The translations under genes were made by a program, and so were the position numbers. A stretch of DNA of 64,000 nt from NCBI GenBank assembly GCA_020848905.1, contig JADLHG010000017.1:15429-79428 (forward strand), in the 5' to 3' direction. Each line of letters opens with the position of its first letter. Position 1 is the first letter of the stretch. The notes below the pieces were generated by a model that was given only the letters and a program-made list of their open reading frames with translations, was not told the DNA's origin and did not search any database. Origin of the DNA: Deltaproteobacteria bacterium. Lineage in GTDB: Bacteria; Myxococcota_A; Polyangia; GCA-2747355; JADLHG01. Of this stretch, positions 37,982-46,992 are shown piece by piece.

Positions 37982-39634
37982 CTATAAAGCCCCGGCCACC
38001 GCCTGGGCGCAGGCGCGGCCGGAGAGCATGGCACCGTCCACGCCGTGTCCGAAGATCGTGCTGGCCCCCACCAGGTACAGGCCCGGCAGGGAGGTCACCA
38101 CAGGGAATCGGCCGGTGAGGAACTGGTCGGGAGAGTGCTCGAGGCCGTAGCTCGTTCCGCCCGTGGCCCAGGTGAAGCGCGCCTGGGTCAGGGGGCTCGC
38201 CGTCTCCTGCCACACGATCCGCCCGAGCAGCTCCGGCGCCAGCCCGCGCACTGTCGCGAGCATGCGCTCCTCGAGGAGGCGTTTGCGCTCGGCGTAGCCC
38301 GCGGTGCGGCGGTAGGGGCCGCGCGGCGCGGCGTCGGGGGCCCAGGCGGCGGCGCCCCCCGGGGCGATGGTCATGAGCTGCAGGTTGGTCTGTCCCGGCG
38401 GAGCCACGCGCGGGTTGCGCGGGTCCCGAACCGAGGCGAACGAGGCGTAGACCATCGGCCGCTCGGGGAGCTCGCCCGCGTAGCAGGAGGCGTACTGCTC
38501 CTCGAGGCCGTAGCCCGGGAAGAGCCACAGGTTGCAGTTCGGCAGGCCGAGCGCCTCGGGCGGGCGGTCGAGCGCCAGGTAGACCACGAAGAGGGGGAGC
38601 GCCATGCGAGCGCGGGCCAGGCGCGCGGTCAGATCCGCCGGGAGCGCCGTTCCCTCGAGGAGCCCGGTGAGCGTCTGCAAGGCGTCGGCGTTCGAGACCA
38701 CCGCCCGGGCCGAGATGACGCTGCCGTCCTCGAGCAGCACGCCGTGTGCGCGGCCGTTCTCGACGAGAATGCGCCGCACCGGACAGCGGGTGACGACCTC
38801 GCCCCCCGCGGTGTGGATCGCCGCCACGAGGGCGTCCACGATCGCGGGCGAGCCTCCTTCGGGGTAGTAGGCTCCGCGCAGGTAGCGGTCGAGCGTAAGC
38901 GCGTGCATGCCGGCCGAGGCGCGGGACCAGGGGGCGGCGTAGAGGAGGTTCTGCGCGCCGAGCACGTGTCGCAGGCGCGCGCTGGCGCCGAGCGCGTCGA
39001 AGACCTCGCCCAGCGTGCAGTCGGTCCAGCCGCGACCCATACGGCGCTCTAGCGCGTCGGCCTCGGGCATGGGCTCCATGGGCCGGGAGCGGGCCAGGTA
39101 GGCCGGGTCGCCGAGGAGGAGCGGGCGGAGGAGCGCCGAAGGACGCTTGAGCAGCACGAGCTTGGTGAAGGTGCGCCCCATCCCCGAGCGCCTCACGATG
39201 GTTTGCAGGTAACGCACGAAGCTCGCCACGGCGACGCGCTCGTCGGGAAAGGCCTCCTCGAGCCGCGCCTGGTAGCGGCCCCAGTCGGCCGGCACGCGCA
39301 GCGAGAGGTCGGGGAAGCGGAGCAGGTCGAAGGCCTCGGGGTCCATCGGCAGGAAGGTGACGCCGGGAGCGCCCACGTCCTCGAGGATCGAGGGGACGAT
39401 GCCGCCGGGGGCGCAATCGCCGAGGTAGTGGATGCCCACGTCGAAGGCGTAGCGTTTGCGGCGGTGGAAGGTCTGGGCGTTGCCGCCGAGGGCGAAGTGT
39501 TGCTCCGCGACGAGCACGCGCAGCCCCTGGCGGCCGAGCGCCGCCGCTGCGGTGAGTCCGCCCGGCCCGGCCCCGACGATCACGACGTCGTAGCTCGTAG
39601 CTCGGGGCGCGTTGGTGCGATGGGTGCGGTCCAT
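37982..39634 (-). CDS. FAD-dependent oxidoreductase, phytoene-desaturase (CrtI)-like
   Basis: Trimmed to ATG 39634. YDVVIVGAGPGGLTAAAALGRQGLRVLVAEQHFALGGN is the dinucleotide-binding motif. C-terminal GLYLVGASTIFGHG. Confidence 0.85.
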   Translation of the reverse strand: MDRTHRTNAPRATSYDVVIVGAGPGGLTAAAALGRQGLRVLVAEQHFALGGNAQTFHRRKRYAFDVGIHYLGDCAPGGIVPSILEDVGAPGVTFLPMDPEAFDLLRFPDLSLRVPADWGRYQARLEEAFPDERVAVASFVRYLQTIVRRSGMGRTFTKLVLLKRPSALLRPLLLGDPAYLARSRPMEPMPEADALERRMGRGWTDCTLGEVFDALGASARLRHVLGAQNLLYAAPWSRASAGMHALTLDRYLRGAYYPEGGSPAIVDALVAAIHTAGGEVVTRCPVRRILVENGRAHGVLLEDGSVISARAVVSNADALQTLTGLLEGTALPADLTARLARARMALPLFVVYLALDRPPEALGLPNCNLWLFPGYGLEEQYASCYAGELPERPMVYASFASVRDPRNPRVAPPGQTNLQLMTIAPGGAAAWAPDAAPRGPYRRTAGYAERKRLLEERMLATVRGLAPELLGRIVWQETASPLTQARFTWATGGTSYGLEHSPDQFLTGRFPVVTSLPGLYLVGASTIFGHGVDGAMLSGRACAQAVAGAL

Positions 39635-39706
39635 GAGAGGCGAAACCCTAACCTCGGAGCTCCCGGCTTGGCAAACCCGGGCGCGGACGACTATCCTTCC
39701 GCTTCC

Positions 39707-40126
39707 ATGCGAATCGCACCGAGCGCGGCGCCAGCTCGTATCTCGTCTTCGGCCGGCTGGCTCGCTGGCCTCGGGGCGCTGGTGGCGCTTCCGGTAGTCC
39801 TCGCCGCGGCCCTTCCCGTGGCGCCGCGCTGCGTGACGCACGCGCTCTTCGAGCTGCCCTGCCCGGGCTGCGGCCTCGGACGCGGGCTCGCGTCCCTCTT
39901 CGCGCTGGACCTGCCCGGGGCCTGGCGGGCCTATCCCGCGCTCCTACCCCTCGCGCTGCTCTACGCGGCGAGCCTGGTTACGTGTGCCCTGCGGCTGCGG
40001 GGGCACCGCTCGCCGCGGGGGTTTGTTCGTTTCGCCTCGGGCGCCGCCTGGGGCGTCGTCCTCCTGTCGCTCGGCCACTGGGTCGTCGAGCTCGTCCTTC
40101 ACACCTCACGAGGCGGTGCACGATGA
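39707..40126 (+). CDS. DUF2752-family membrane protein
   Basis: Trimmed to ATG 39707. CVTHALFELPCPGCGLGRG is the CPxCG signature of DUF2752. Followed by hydrophobic helices. Confidence 0.7.
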   Translation: MRIAPSAAPARISSSAGWLAGLGALVALPVVLAAALPVAPRCVTHALFELPCPGCGLGRGLASLFALDLPGAWRAYPALLPLALLYAASLVTCALRLRGHRSPRGFVRFASGAAWGVVLLSLGHWVVELVLHTSRGGAR

Positions 40127-40485
40127 ACGGAAGCGCTCCCCACCCGTACGGCGACCCCTACCGCACGCCGGGCCCGCCCGGACCGCCCGCAGGGACCCCG
40201 CTCGACGGGCGCGCCATCGCGAGCATGGTCCTCGGCATCGTGGCCACGGTCCTCTGCTGCCTGCCGCTCATCGGCCCGGCCTGCGGCATCATCGCGATCG
40301 TGCTCTTTTCCCGCTTCAGCGCGGCGAACGCGGCCGCCGGAGGCACGCTGGCGGGCAAGGGGATGGCCATCGCGGGGCTGGTCTGCGGCATCGTGGGCTG
40401 CGTGATCGGACTCATCTACACCCTCTACTGGTTCGTCTGGGGCATGATCCTCGGCGGCGCGGCGCGCATGGTCCCCTGGCGCTGA
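40123..40485 (+). CDS. DUF4190-family membrane protein (Pro-rich N-terminus)
   Basis: ATGA start/stop overlap with the previous gene. AIASMVLGIVATVLCCLPLIGPACGIIAIVL...GKGMAIAGLVCGIVGCVIG is the typical DUF4190 pattern. Confidence 0.7.
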   Translation: MNGSAPHPYGDPYRTPGPPGPPAGTPLDGRAIASMVLGIVATVLCCLPLIGPACGIIAIVLFSRFSAANAAAGGTLAGKGMAIAGLVCGIVGCVIGLIYTLYWFVWGMILGGAARMVPWR

Positions 40486-40590
40486 GCCGGCGCGCCCCTT
40501 CGCGACCCCCTTTCAGGGGGCTGGACCTCCAAGGCGCCTCCGGAGTATGACGACCCCCCTGGGGGCCTTTCATCCCGAGGAGACGTCGCC

Positions 40591-42228
40591 GTGAGACGAA
40601 TCACCTGGCTTGGAGCACTCGCCTTCGCTGCGTGCAGCAGCAGCCCCGCGGCCCCGGACGGTGCGGTCGCGAGCGACGGAGCGCCGCCCGCCGACGGCCG
40701 CGCCAGCGACGGGGGACGAGCTGACGCCGCGCCGAGCGGCGCGATGGCGGTGGGCGAATTCCGCGAGCTCGTGGCCGACGGCCAGGGAGCCATTGCCGGC
40801 CAGCTGCCGACGGCCCCGGGGGCGGAGTACCTGCTCGTCCTCACCTCGTCGAGCCGCGAGGCGCTCAAGCTCTACAGCTACGAGGTGAACGCCGCGACCG
40901 CCAAGCCGATGCAGCCCGCGCCGCCTGCGCCTCCGCTCCCTGCGGCTCCGGCCCCGCGCTGCGACTTCGCGCGCCGCCTCGACGAGGTGCTGAGCACGGC
41001 GAGCGGGCCGATGGCGCGCAAGCCCAGCTACAAGCCCTTCGGTTCGCCCCCGCGCAAGGGAGACAAGCGCAAGTTCCAGCTCCGCGGCGCCACGGGGAAC
41101 CAGGAGATCGAGGCCGAGGCGATCTGGGTCGACGAGGTCGCGGTCTTCTGGATCGACCGCACCACGCAGCCCGCGGCGACGATCGACGAGGCGACGCTCA
41201 AGCAGCTCGCCGACGGCTTCGCGAAGGTGATCGTGCCGCGCGAGCGCATCTACTTCGGCCAGGAGTCGGACGTGAACGGGGACGGGCACATCGCGGTGCT
41301 CATGAGCCCGCTCGTGACCGCCTCGGCCGTGGCCTACGTCTCTCCCTGCGACCTGGTCGATCCGGGCAAGGTGGCCGGCTGCCCGACGAGCAACGGGCTC
41401 GAGCTGGTCTACCTCTCGCCGCCGAGCTCGCTCCAGCCGCCGTACAACACGGCCGCGGCGATGCTCGAGACCATCGCGCACGAGTTCCAGCACGCGATCT
41501 ACTTCTATCGGAAGTACCTCCTCAACGGCACGACGGACAAGAAGGAGAACCCCTACATCACCGAGGGGCTGAGCGGCCTCGCGCAGGATCTGAGCGGCTA
41601 CCAGGCGGGGAACTTCTACGTGGTGCAGGCCACGCTGGCGGCGATCGGCGAGGTGGCGATCCCGAACGTGACCAGCGCGGAGCTCAAGAGCTACGTTCCG
41701 GGCGCCGGGGACGGCATCATGCGTGGCGCGGGGTACCTGCTGCTCCGCTACCTCTTCGACCAGGCGGGCGGAGATGCGATGGAGGCCGACGGCACGCCGA
41801 AGGACCGGGGCGGCATCAAGTGGCTGCGCGCGTACATGGATCGCCCGGCGCTGGGCGACGACAACCTGGACCAGAGCTTCCCGAAGGGCTACGAGGAGCT
41901 CGTGCTCCAGTTCTGGACGGCGATGGCCCTATCGAACCGGGGAACGGACGGCAAGCCCCTCTCCGGGGACGCGCGCTTCAACTTCCTGCCCACCACCAAG
42001 GACCCGGTGACGACGCGGCAGCGCGGCTGCAACCTCTTCACCGTCTTTCACGGGCAGCAGCTCACGGGACCGAAGGTGCAAGGGGTGGCGGCGGCCGACG
42101 GCAAGCTGCGTGCCGGCGGTGCGGAGCTGCTGCGACTCGAGGCCGGCGCGGACGCGAAGACGCTCCAGGTGCAGCTCAAGGTGGAGCCGGCGGCGAAGGC
42201 GCGGCTGCGCGTGGTGCGCGTGAAGTAA
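40591..42228 (+). CDS. secreted lipoprotein, putative zinc metallopeptidase (HEFQH, M30/hyicolysin-like)
   Basis: GTG start. Lipobox ALAFAAC. TIAHEFQHAIYFYRKY contains an HExxH motif. Confidence 0.6.
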   Translation: MRRITWLGALAFAACSSSPAAPDGAVASDGAPPADGRASDGGRADAAPSGAMAVGEFRELVADGQGAIAGQLPTAPGAEYLLVLTSSSREALKLYSYEVNAATAKPMQPAPPAPPLPAAPAPRCDFARRLDEVLSTASGPMARKPSYKPFGSPPRKGDKRKFQLRGATGNQEIEAEAIWVDEVAVFWIDRTTQPAATIDEATLKQLADGFAKVIVPRERIYFGQESDVNGDGHIAVLMSPLVTASAVAYVSPCDLVDPGKVAGCPTSNGLELVYLSPPSSLQPPYNTAAAMLETIAHEFQHAIYFYRKYLLNGTTDKKENPYITEGLSGLAQDLSGYQAGNFYVVQATLAAIGEVAIPNVTSAELKSYVPGAGDGIMRGAGYLLLRYLFDQAGGDAMEADGTPKDRGGIKWLRAYMDRPALGDDNLDQSFPKGYEELVLQFWTAMALSNRGTDGKPLSGDARFNFLPTTKDPVTTRQRGCNLFTVFHGQQLTGPKVQGVAAADGKLRAGGAELLRLEAGADAKTLQVQLKVEPAAKARLRVVRVK

Positions 42229-42306
42229 CGGCGTCTGCCGCGGGTGTGATCCACGATGATCGGTCATGCGCCTTGAGGCGGCCCCACTTCGCCGCCCTCT
42301 CGACGC

Positions 42307-43056
42307 TCAGCGCCCTGGAACTTCGTCGGTACGCAGCCTCCCTCGGAGCTTCCAGCCCGTTTGCAGGAGCCAGGTTCGTGGCTTGCCGACCGTAGGCTCT
42401 CCCGAGGGCGGCACCGGCACGACGTCCTTCCAGCCGCCCTTGAGATAGAGCGCCGAGGAGCACGGGTCGAGCTCGCGCCTGGGCACCCACTTGCCGCGCT
42501 CGACGCAGTGCTTCCGTCGGTTCTGGAGCACGTAGCTGAGGGCGTGCCTTGTCTCGCTGGGCGTGCGCAGGATGCGCTGGTGGTAGCGGTCGGCGAAGAC
42601 CCGCCTGTGCCGCCCGAGGCTATCGTTGAGTCGCCGGGCGAGGCGAATCGCCAGGCCCCTGAGCCCCTTCATCAGGACGTCCCGGTCTTTGGCCTCGGTG
42701 ATGAGGTGGAGGTGGTTCTTCTGGATCGAGTAGTGGGCGAGATTGAGCCCGTGGCGGCCGAGCGCCGCCCGAATTGCGCCCTCGATCACCCGGAGCTGCG
42801 GCTTCGCGCGCAGGTTGGGCAGGTCTGACACGACCTTCATCGTCACGTGCACCGGAAACCGGCTCGCGAGCCGCGGCCGCGCCCGATGCGGCAGCCCGCT
42901 GCCCGGCTGCTTCTTCCGCCCCGCACCCTTCCGCTTCCCGCCCCAGCCCTTCGCCTCCCGCATCGGCAATGGAAGCTGCTTCGCAGAACCCGCCGGAACA
43001 CGCGCGCCCGAAGAGGGGCCATCTCCCGAGGAGGATTTATGTTTGTGTGCCAGCAT
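42307..43056 (-). CDS. IS200-like Y1 (HUH) transposase / REP-associated tyrosine transposase-like protein
   Basis: HVTMKV, YSIQKNHLHLITEA (HUH motif) and FADRYHQRILRT...ALSYVLQN (catalytic Tyr region). ATG 43056 lies just downstream of a canonical sigma70 promoter. The TTG at 43077 sits just upstream of the -10 box (43068-43073), ahead of the predicted transcription start. Confidence 0.8.
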   Translation of the reverse strand: MLAHKHKSSSGDGPSSGARVPAGSAKQLPLPMREAKGWGGKRKGAGRKKQPGSGLPHRARPRLASRFPVHVTMKVVSDLPNLRAKPQLRVIEGAIRAALGRHGLNLAHYSIQKNHLHLITEAKDRDVLMKGLRGLAIRLARRLNDSLGRHRRVFADRYHQRILRTPSETRHALSYVLQNRRKHCVERGKWVPRRELDPCSSALYLKGGWKDVVPVPPSGEPTVGKPRTWLLQTGWKLRGRLRTDEVPGR

Positions 43057-43067
43057 GAATAAGGCCA

Positions 43068-43096
43068 ATAATAGCAAAGCGCTGGTCTGACGTCAA
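43068..43096 (-). promoter_or_regulatory. sigma70-type promoter TTGACG-17 nt-TATTAT for the Y1 transposase gene
   Basis: On the minus strand: TTGACG (43096-43091), a 17-nt spacer, then TATTAT (43073-43068). It lies in an AT-rich island with 41 G+C in the 90 nt from 43031 to 43120 by hand count. ATG 43056 is about 11 nt downstream of the -10 box. Confidence 0.55.
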
Positions 43097-43109
43097 GCGA
43101 TGTCTTTGC

Positions 43110-43173
43110 ACGAACAACACAAACACCCCCTCCCCGCCGCACCGATCCACCCCCGCTCCCCGCGTGCGCCCAC
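43110..43173 (+). repeat. 5'-flank of the Y1 transposase gene, homologous to window positions 1-50
   Basis: See the matches listed for feature 1-50. Relative to copy 1 this copy carries a 13-nt insertion (aacacaaacaccc). Confidence 0.7.
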
Positions 43174-43219
43174 CGCCGCCTGCGCTTTCGCTCTCCCCTT
43201 CGCGTGCGCCCACCGCCGC
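43161..43219 (+). repeat. 19-nt direct repeat cgcgtgcgcccaccgccgc, two copies 40 nt apart
   Basis: 43161-43179 and 43201-43219 are identical, read directly from the sequence. Confidence 0.8.
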
Positions 43220-43401
43220 TCGCGCTGCCCCCCATGACGTCTCGCCCCTCGGCCCAACGCGGGCCCGCACGACGTCGCCCACCACCCGTGGCTAGTGCCA
43301 CCATCGCTCCAGGCACCATTGACCGACGGTCCGCGGTCAGACCCGTTTGTCGTGGGGGCGCTCTAGCCGCCTCCTGGGCCGCCTGGTATCTTCTGCCGGG
43401 C

Positions 43402-44103
43402 ATGACCCCCATCACGATCCGTCATCGAGTCCCTCGCTCTGACCTGGCCTTCGGCGTGCTGCGCGTCGAGGGTGTGGAGGTCGGGGCCGCCCCCACGCCG
43501 CTCTCGCAGGCGCTCGACGCGTGCATCGCGCGTCGAAAGGCCGAGCCGCTCGCGGCGTCCGAGGAGGCGCTCCGGCAGGGCTGCCGCGATGTGCTGCGGA
43601 ACGGCCGCTACAAGCCTACCGGACGAGGCAAGCCCGCGAGCGAGTACCTCCTGCGCGCGGCGACGGCCGAGGACTTCCCCCGCATCAACGGCCCGGTGGA
43701 CGCGAACAACCTCGTCAGCCTCGGCCGGCTGGTCCCGATCTCCGTCTGGGACCTGGATCTGGCCGAGACGCGATGCTTCGAGCTGCGACTCGGGCGGCCG
43801 GGCGAGAGCTACGTCTTCAACGCCGCCGGGCAGACCCTCGAGCTCGAGGATCTGCTCTGCGGCGCTGGTCTCGCCGGGGAGGTGTCGCGTCCGATGGTGA
43901 CCCCCATCAAGGACGGTCTGGCGACGAAGCTCACGCCGGCCTCGACGCGGCTCGCGGGGTGCATCTACTACCCGGTCGAGGTCGGAGGCCGGGCGCAGCT
44001 CGCGGCGGCCACGGAGGAGCTGTTCCGGTGGCTCAGCCTGTGCGGCGCCGACGTGCGCGGCGCCTGGGCCGTGCTCGAACCCGGGGGCGAGGTGAGCCTG
44101 TGA
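43402..44103 (+). CDS. B3/B4 tRNA-binding-domain protein (PheT-related)
   Basis: Trimmed to ATG 43402. RNGRYKPTGRGKPASEYLLRA...PRINGPVDANNLVSLGRLVPISVWDLD matches stand-alone B3_4-domain proteins. Confidence 0.7.
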   Translation: MTPITIRHRVPRSDLAFGVLRVEGVEVGAAPTPLSQALDACIARRKAEPLAASEEALRQGCRDVLRNGRYKPTGRGKPASEYLLRAATAEDFPRINGPVDANNLVSLGRLVPISVWDLDLAETRCFELRLGRPGESYVFNAAGQTLELEDLLCGAGLAGEVSRPMVTPIKDGLATKLTPASTRLAGCIYYPVEVGGRAQLAAATEELFRWLSLCGADVRGAWAVLEPGGEVSL

Positions 44104-44111
44104 GTGGGGCC

Positions 44112-44984
44112 ATGCGTTATCGGATCTACAGCATCGAAGGCAATCGGCAACGTCTCGACGGTGGGGCGATGTTCGGCAACGTGCCGCGGCCGGTCTGGGA
44201 GGGCTGGATCGCGCCGGATGCGCGGCACCGGTTGCCGCTCGCGTGCCGAGGCTTCCTCATCCACGACGAGGAGCGCGACGAACGGATCCTGCTCGAGACG
44301 GGGATCGGCCTCTTCTTCGAGCCGAAGCTGCGCGACCGGTTCGGCGTGGAGGGGACCCGCCACGAGCTGCTCGCGAGCCTCGCGGCCCGTGGAGTGGAGC
44401 CCGAGGCGATCGACCTCGTGGTGCTGTCGCACCTGCACTTCGATCACGCGGGAGGATTGCTGAGCGCGTGGAGGCCTGACGCCCCCTTCGAGCTGGTCTT
44501 CCCGCGGGCGCGCTTCGCCGTCGGGCGGAGGGCCTGGGAGCGGGCGGTGGCGCCGCACGCCCGCGATCGCGCGTCGTTCATCCCCGAGCTACCGGGGCTC
44601 CTCGAGGCGAGCGGCCGGCTGGTCCTCCTCGACGCGGACTTCGGCGGGCTGCTGGGTCCCGAGTTCAGCTTCACGCTCTCCGACGGGCACACGCCGGGCC
44701 TGCTCCTCACGGAGCTCTCAACCCCCGCGGGGACGGCGATCTTTTGCGGGGATCTGATCCCGGGGCTGCCGTGGGTCCACCTGCCGGTGACGATGGGCTA
44801 CGACCGCCATGCCGAGCTGGTGATCGACGAGAAGGCGGCGCTCCTGGCGCGCGCGGCGGAGCGTGGCGCGCAGCTCCTCTTCGCGCACGACCCCGAGGCG
44901 GCGGCGTGCCGGGTCTCGCGCGACGCGCACGGGCGCTATCGGGGCACGGACCCGCTGCCGGTGCTCGACGGTTTCCCGCTGTGA
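44112..44984 (+). CDS. MBL-fold metallo-hydrolase
   Basis: Trimmed to ATG 44112. VVLSHLHFDHAGGL is the HxHxDH motif. DGHTPG follows. Confidence 0.8.
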   Translation: MRYRIYSIEGNRQRLDGGAMFGNVPRPVWEGWIAPDARHRLPLACRGFLIHDEERDERILLETGIGLFFEPKLRDRFGVEGTRHELLASLAARGVEPEAIDLVVLSHLHFDHAGGLLSAWRPDAPFELVFPRARFAVGRRAWERAVAPHARDRASFIPELPGLLEASGRLVLLDADFGGLLGPEFSFTLSDGHTPGLLLTELSTPAGTAIFCGDLIPGLPWVHLPVTMGYDRHAELVIDEKAALLARAAERGAQLLFAHDPEAAACRVSRDAHGRYRGTDPLPVLDGFPL

Positions 44985-45001
44985 CCCGCTGAGCGGCGAA
45001 G

Positions 45002-45496
45002 CTATCGATTGCCGCCGCCCAGCGCCAGGGCGACCAGGGCGGTGTACCCGAGGCTGATCAGCAGGGCAGGAAGCAGAGTGGGCCAGCTCGAGCCCTCGTG
45101 GAAATAGCCGGCGGCGAGGCGTTCGAAGGGGCGACGCACCGCCGCCGCGGCCAGGACCACGCCCAGGCAGGTCAGCGCGGCGAGCACCGCGACCGAGACG
45201 GGTAGCCTCCGCATGAAGGCCAGGAGCGGCGCCGCGACGAGGCCGCTGCCGCTCACGACCAGCAGGAAGGTCAGCGCCCGCCCTCCGTGCCGCCGACCGA
45301 AGCCGGTCCGCGCCAGCACGCTCGCTCCCACGGCGAGGAAGTAGATCTCGGGGCCGAACCAGAGCACCGCGGGGAGCCCCGGTCGCGCGCTGTAGATGAG
45401 GAGCAGCACCGATCCCATCATGAGCAGGGCCACCCCGACGAGCAGGAGGCCCGCTGGGCGACCCGACCCGGGGAGGGGAGGAGTCACCGAACCCAC
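45002..45496 (-). CDS. hypothetical integral membrane protein (4-5 TM)
   Basis: 164-aa ORF that is almost entirely hydrophobic helices. Its GTG start overlaps the NlpC/P60 gene end by 13 nt. Confidence 0.5.
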   Translation of the reverse strand: MGSVTPPLPGSGRPAGLLLVGVALLMMGSVLLLIYSARPGLPAVLWFGPEIYFLAVGASVLARTGFGRRHGGRALTFLLVVSGSGLVAAPLLAFMRRLPVSVAVLAALTCLGVVLAAAAVRRPFERLAAGYFHEGSSWPTLLPALLISLGYTALVALALGGGNR

Positions 45497-46992
45497 GAGG
45501 CACCCGGCCCGGGCCGCGGCACGAGCCTGGCCTGCGATGGTTGCACCGTGGCGCTCGGCAGGCCCCCGAAGACGACCAATCGGGTGATGCGTTCTAGAAA
45601 GCTCCGTCGCGAACCCCCCCGGCCGAGGCTGAGCGAGGTCACCGCGGCGCGGTTCACGCGAACCATCGTCTCGCCCCCGCCCGGGCAGGGGACCAGGTAC
45701 CCGGAGAACTGGTGGAAGGCGAAGAGCTCGCCGCCCTCCCTGCCGAGGTAGAGCATGATGTGCCCGGGGAGGTAGAGCAGCACCACCCCGCGCTCGTTCG
45801 CGGCCTCGATCGCGGCGACCTTGGCGGCGGGGTCGAGCCGCGCCACGTCGATCTGCCGTGGCCCGCTCAGCGCCTGCTGGCGCGAGTTGCGCGGCAGACG
45901 CAGGCCGAAGGTGGCGAAGAGGTCCATGAGGAGGCGCGAGCAGTCGCGGTGGTTACCGGTGCCGCCCCAGCCGTAGGGCGTGTGCAGCAAGCGGAAGGCG
46001 GCCCGGTAGAGTGCCGCGCGCGAGAAGGGGGGCAGCTCGGCGCTCGCGGCGCGCGCCGGGAGGTGCGCCTCGACGAGGCCGGAGGGCGCCGGGGCGAGGA
46101 CGCGTAGCTGCTGCGCCTCGGTACCGAGGAGCGGCAGCGAGAGACCGAGGCCCGCTGCGCCGAGCAGGACCGGGGAGGAACCTGCCGAGAAGACCGCCGT
46201 CCGGTCTTCGTGGACCACGGCGCGCTCGCGGGGGCGGAGGTACTGCTCGAGCTGGTCTCGTCCGAGGGGCGGGGTGAGCGCGGTGGGGTCGACCCATCCC
46301 TCGGCGTAGGTGGACCAGGCGTAGACGAAGCGGCGGCCGCGGCGGAAGACGCGCACCGGCTCGCCGAAGCGGAGCTGGGCGCACTGAAGCTGATCGAAGT
46401 CCGTGTCCCCGGCCTTCTCGTAGAGCGGCTCGGCCGTCGGGTAGCAGCGAAGGGGGCTGCTGCGGAAAGCCACGCGCAGCTCGTCTGTGGGCTCGGCGGA
46501 CGCGAGCTCCGCGCGCAGCTCCTCGAGGAGCGCGGCCCGAGGAGGTCGTCCGTCCGCCTGCACGCGGCGGCCGGCGGCGATGGCCTCGGCGAGGCGACGC
46601 CACTGCTCCGGAAAGTAGCGGGCGAGGTCGCGCGGGGGGAGCGCGGGGGAGAGGAGGTCCCAGCGGCCGAGGGGCCAGCCCCCCTTCGAGAGCTGCTCGA
46701 CGCGACGGTTGTGCGCCTCGAGGTGAGCGGGATCGAGGAGCGCGAGCTCGGGCGCAGACACGCGCGTCAGCCAGTGCTCCGGGACGAGGTGCTCGGGGCG
46801 CTCGAAGGGGAGCACCGGCGGAGCGGGCGCGACGGCCGGGCAGGGGGGGAACTCGGCGCAGGCCCGCGAGGCCGGGCCGCGGGGGCGGCAGCCCGTGGAG
46901 GTGAGCGCGACGAGGAGCGCGAGCGAGGACGCGAGCCCGACCGAACCCCTCGGGGAACGGGGCCAGCTCACGCGAAGGCGGGGGTGGTCCAC
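45484..46992 (-). CDS. NlpC/P60 (C40) cell-wall peptidase lipoprotein with N-terminal accessory domains
   Basis: Lipobox LVALTSTGC. TPYGWGGTGNHRDCSRLLMDLF carries the catalytic Cys; LYLPGHIMLYLG carries the His. The GTG start overlaps the TPR gene end by 25 nt. Confidence 0.8.
   Translation of the reverse strand: MDHPRLRVSWPRSPRGSVGLASSLALLVALTSTGCRPRGPASRACAEFPPCPAVAPAPPVLPFERPEHLVPEHWLTRVSAPELALLDPAHLEAHNRRVEQLSKGGWPLGRWDLLSPALPPRDLARYFPEQWRRLAEAIAAGRRVQADGRPPRAALLEELRAELASAEPTDELRVAFRSSPLRCYPTAEPLYEKAGDTDFDQLQCAQLRFGEPVRVFRRGRRFVYAWSTYAEGWVDPTALTPPLGRDQLEQYLRPRERAVVHEDRTAVFSAGSSPVLLGAAGLGLSLPLLGTEAQQLRVLAPAPSGLVEAHLPARAASAELPPFSRAALYRAAFRLLHTPYGWGGTGNHRDCSRLLMDLFATFGLRLPRNSRQQALSGPRQIDVARLDPAAKVAAIEAANERGVVLLYLPGHIMLYLGREGGELFAFHQFSGYLVPCPGGGETMVRVNRAAVTSLSLGRGGSRRSFLERITRLVVFGGLPSATVQPSQARLVPRPGPGASWVR

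Noticed and set aside
31842-37987. Two very long ORFs: 31842-34391 on the minus strand (849 aa) and 34337-37987 on the plus strand (1216 aa).
   Set aside because: They span several real genes (Cys-rich lipoprotein, CN-hydrolase, GH31, Gfo/Idh/MocA) in wrong frames or strands, and contain no motifs.
43161-43219. Possible CRISPR-like repeat-spacer structure (19-nt repeat with a 21-nt spacer).
   Set aside because: There are only two copies. The repeat is too short and not palindromic, no cas genes are present, and the sequence belongs to the transposase flank that is also found at the window start.
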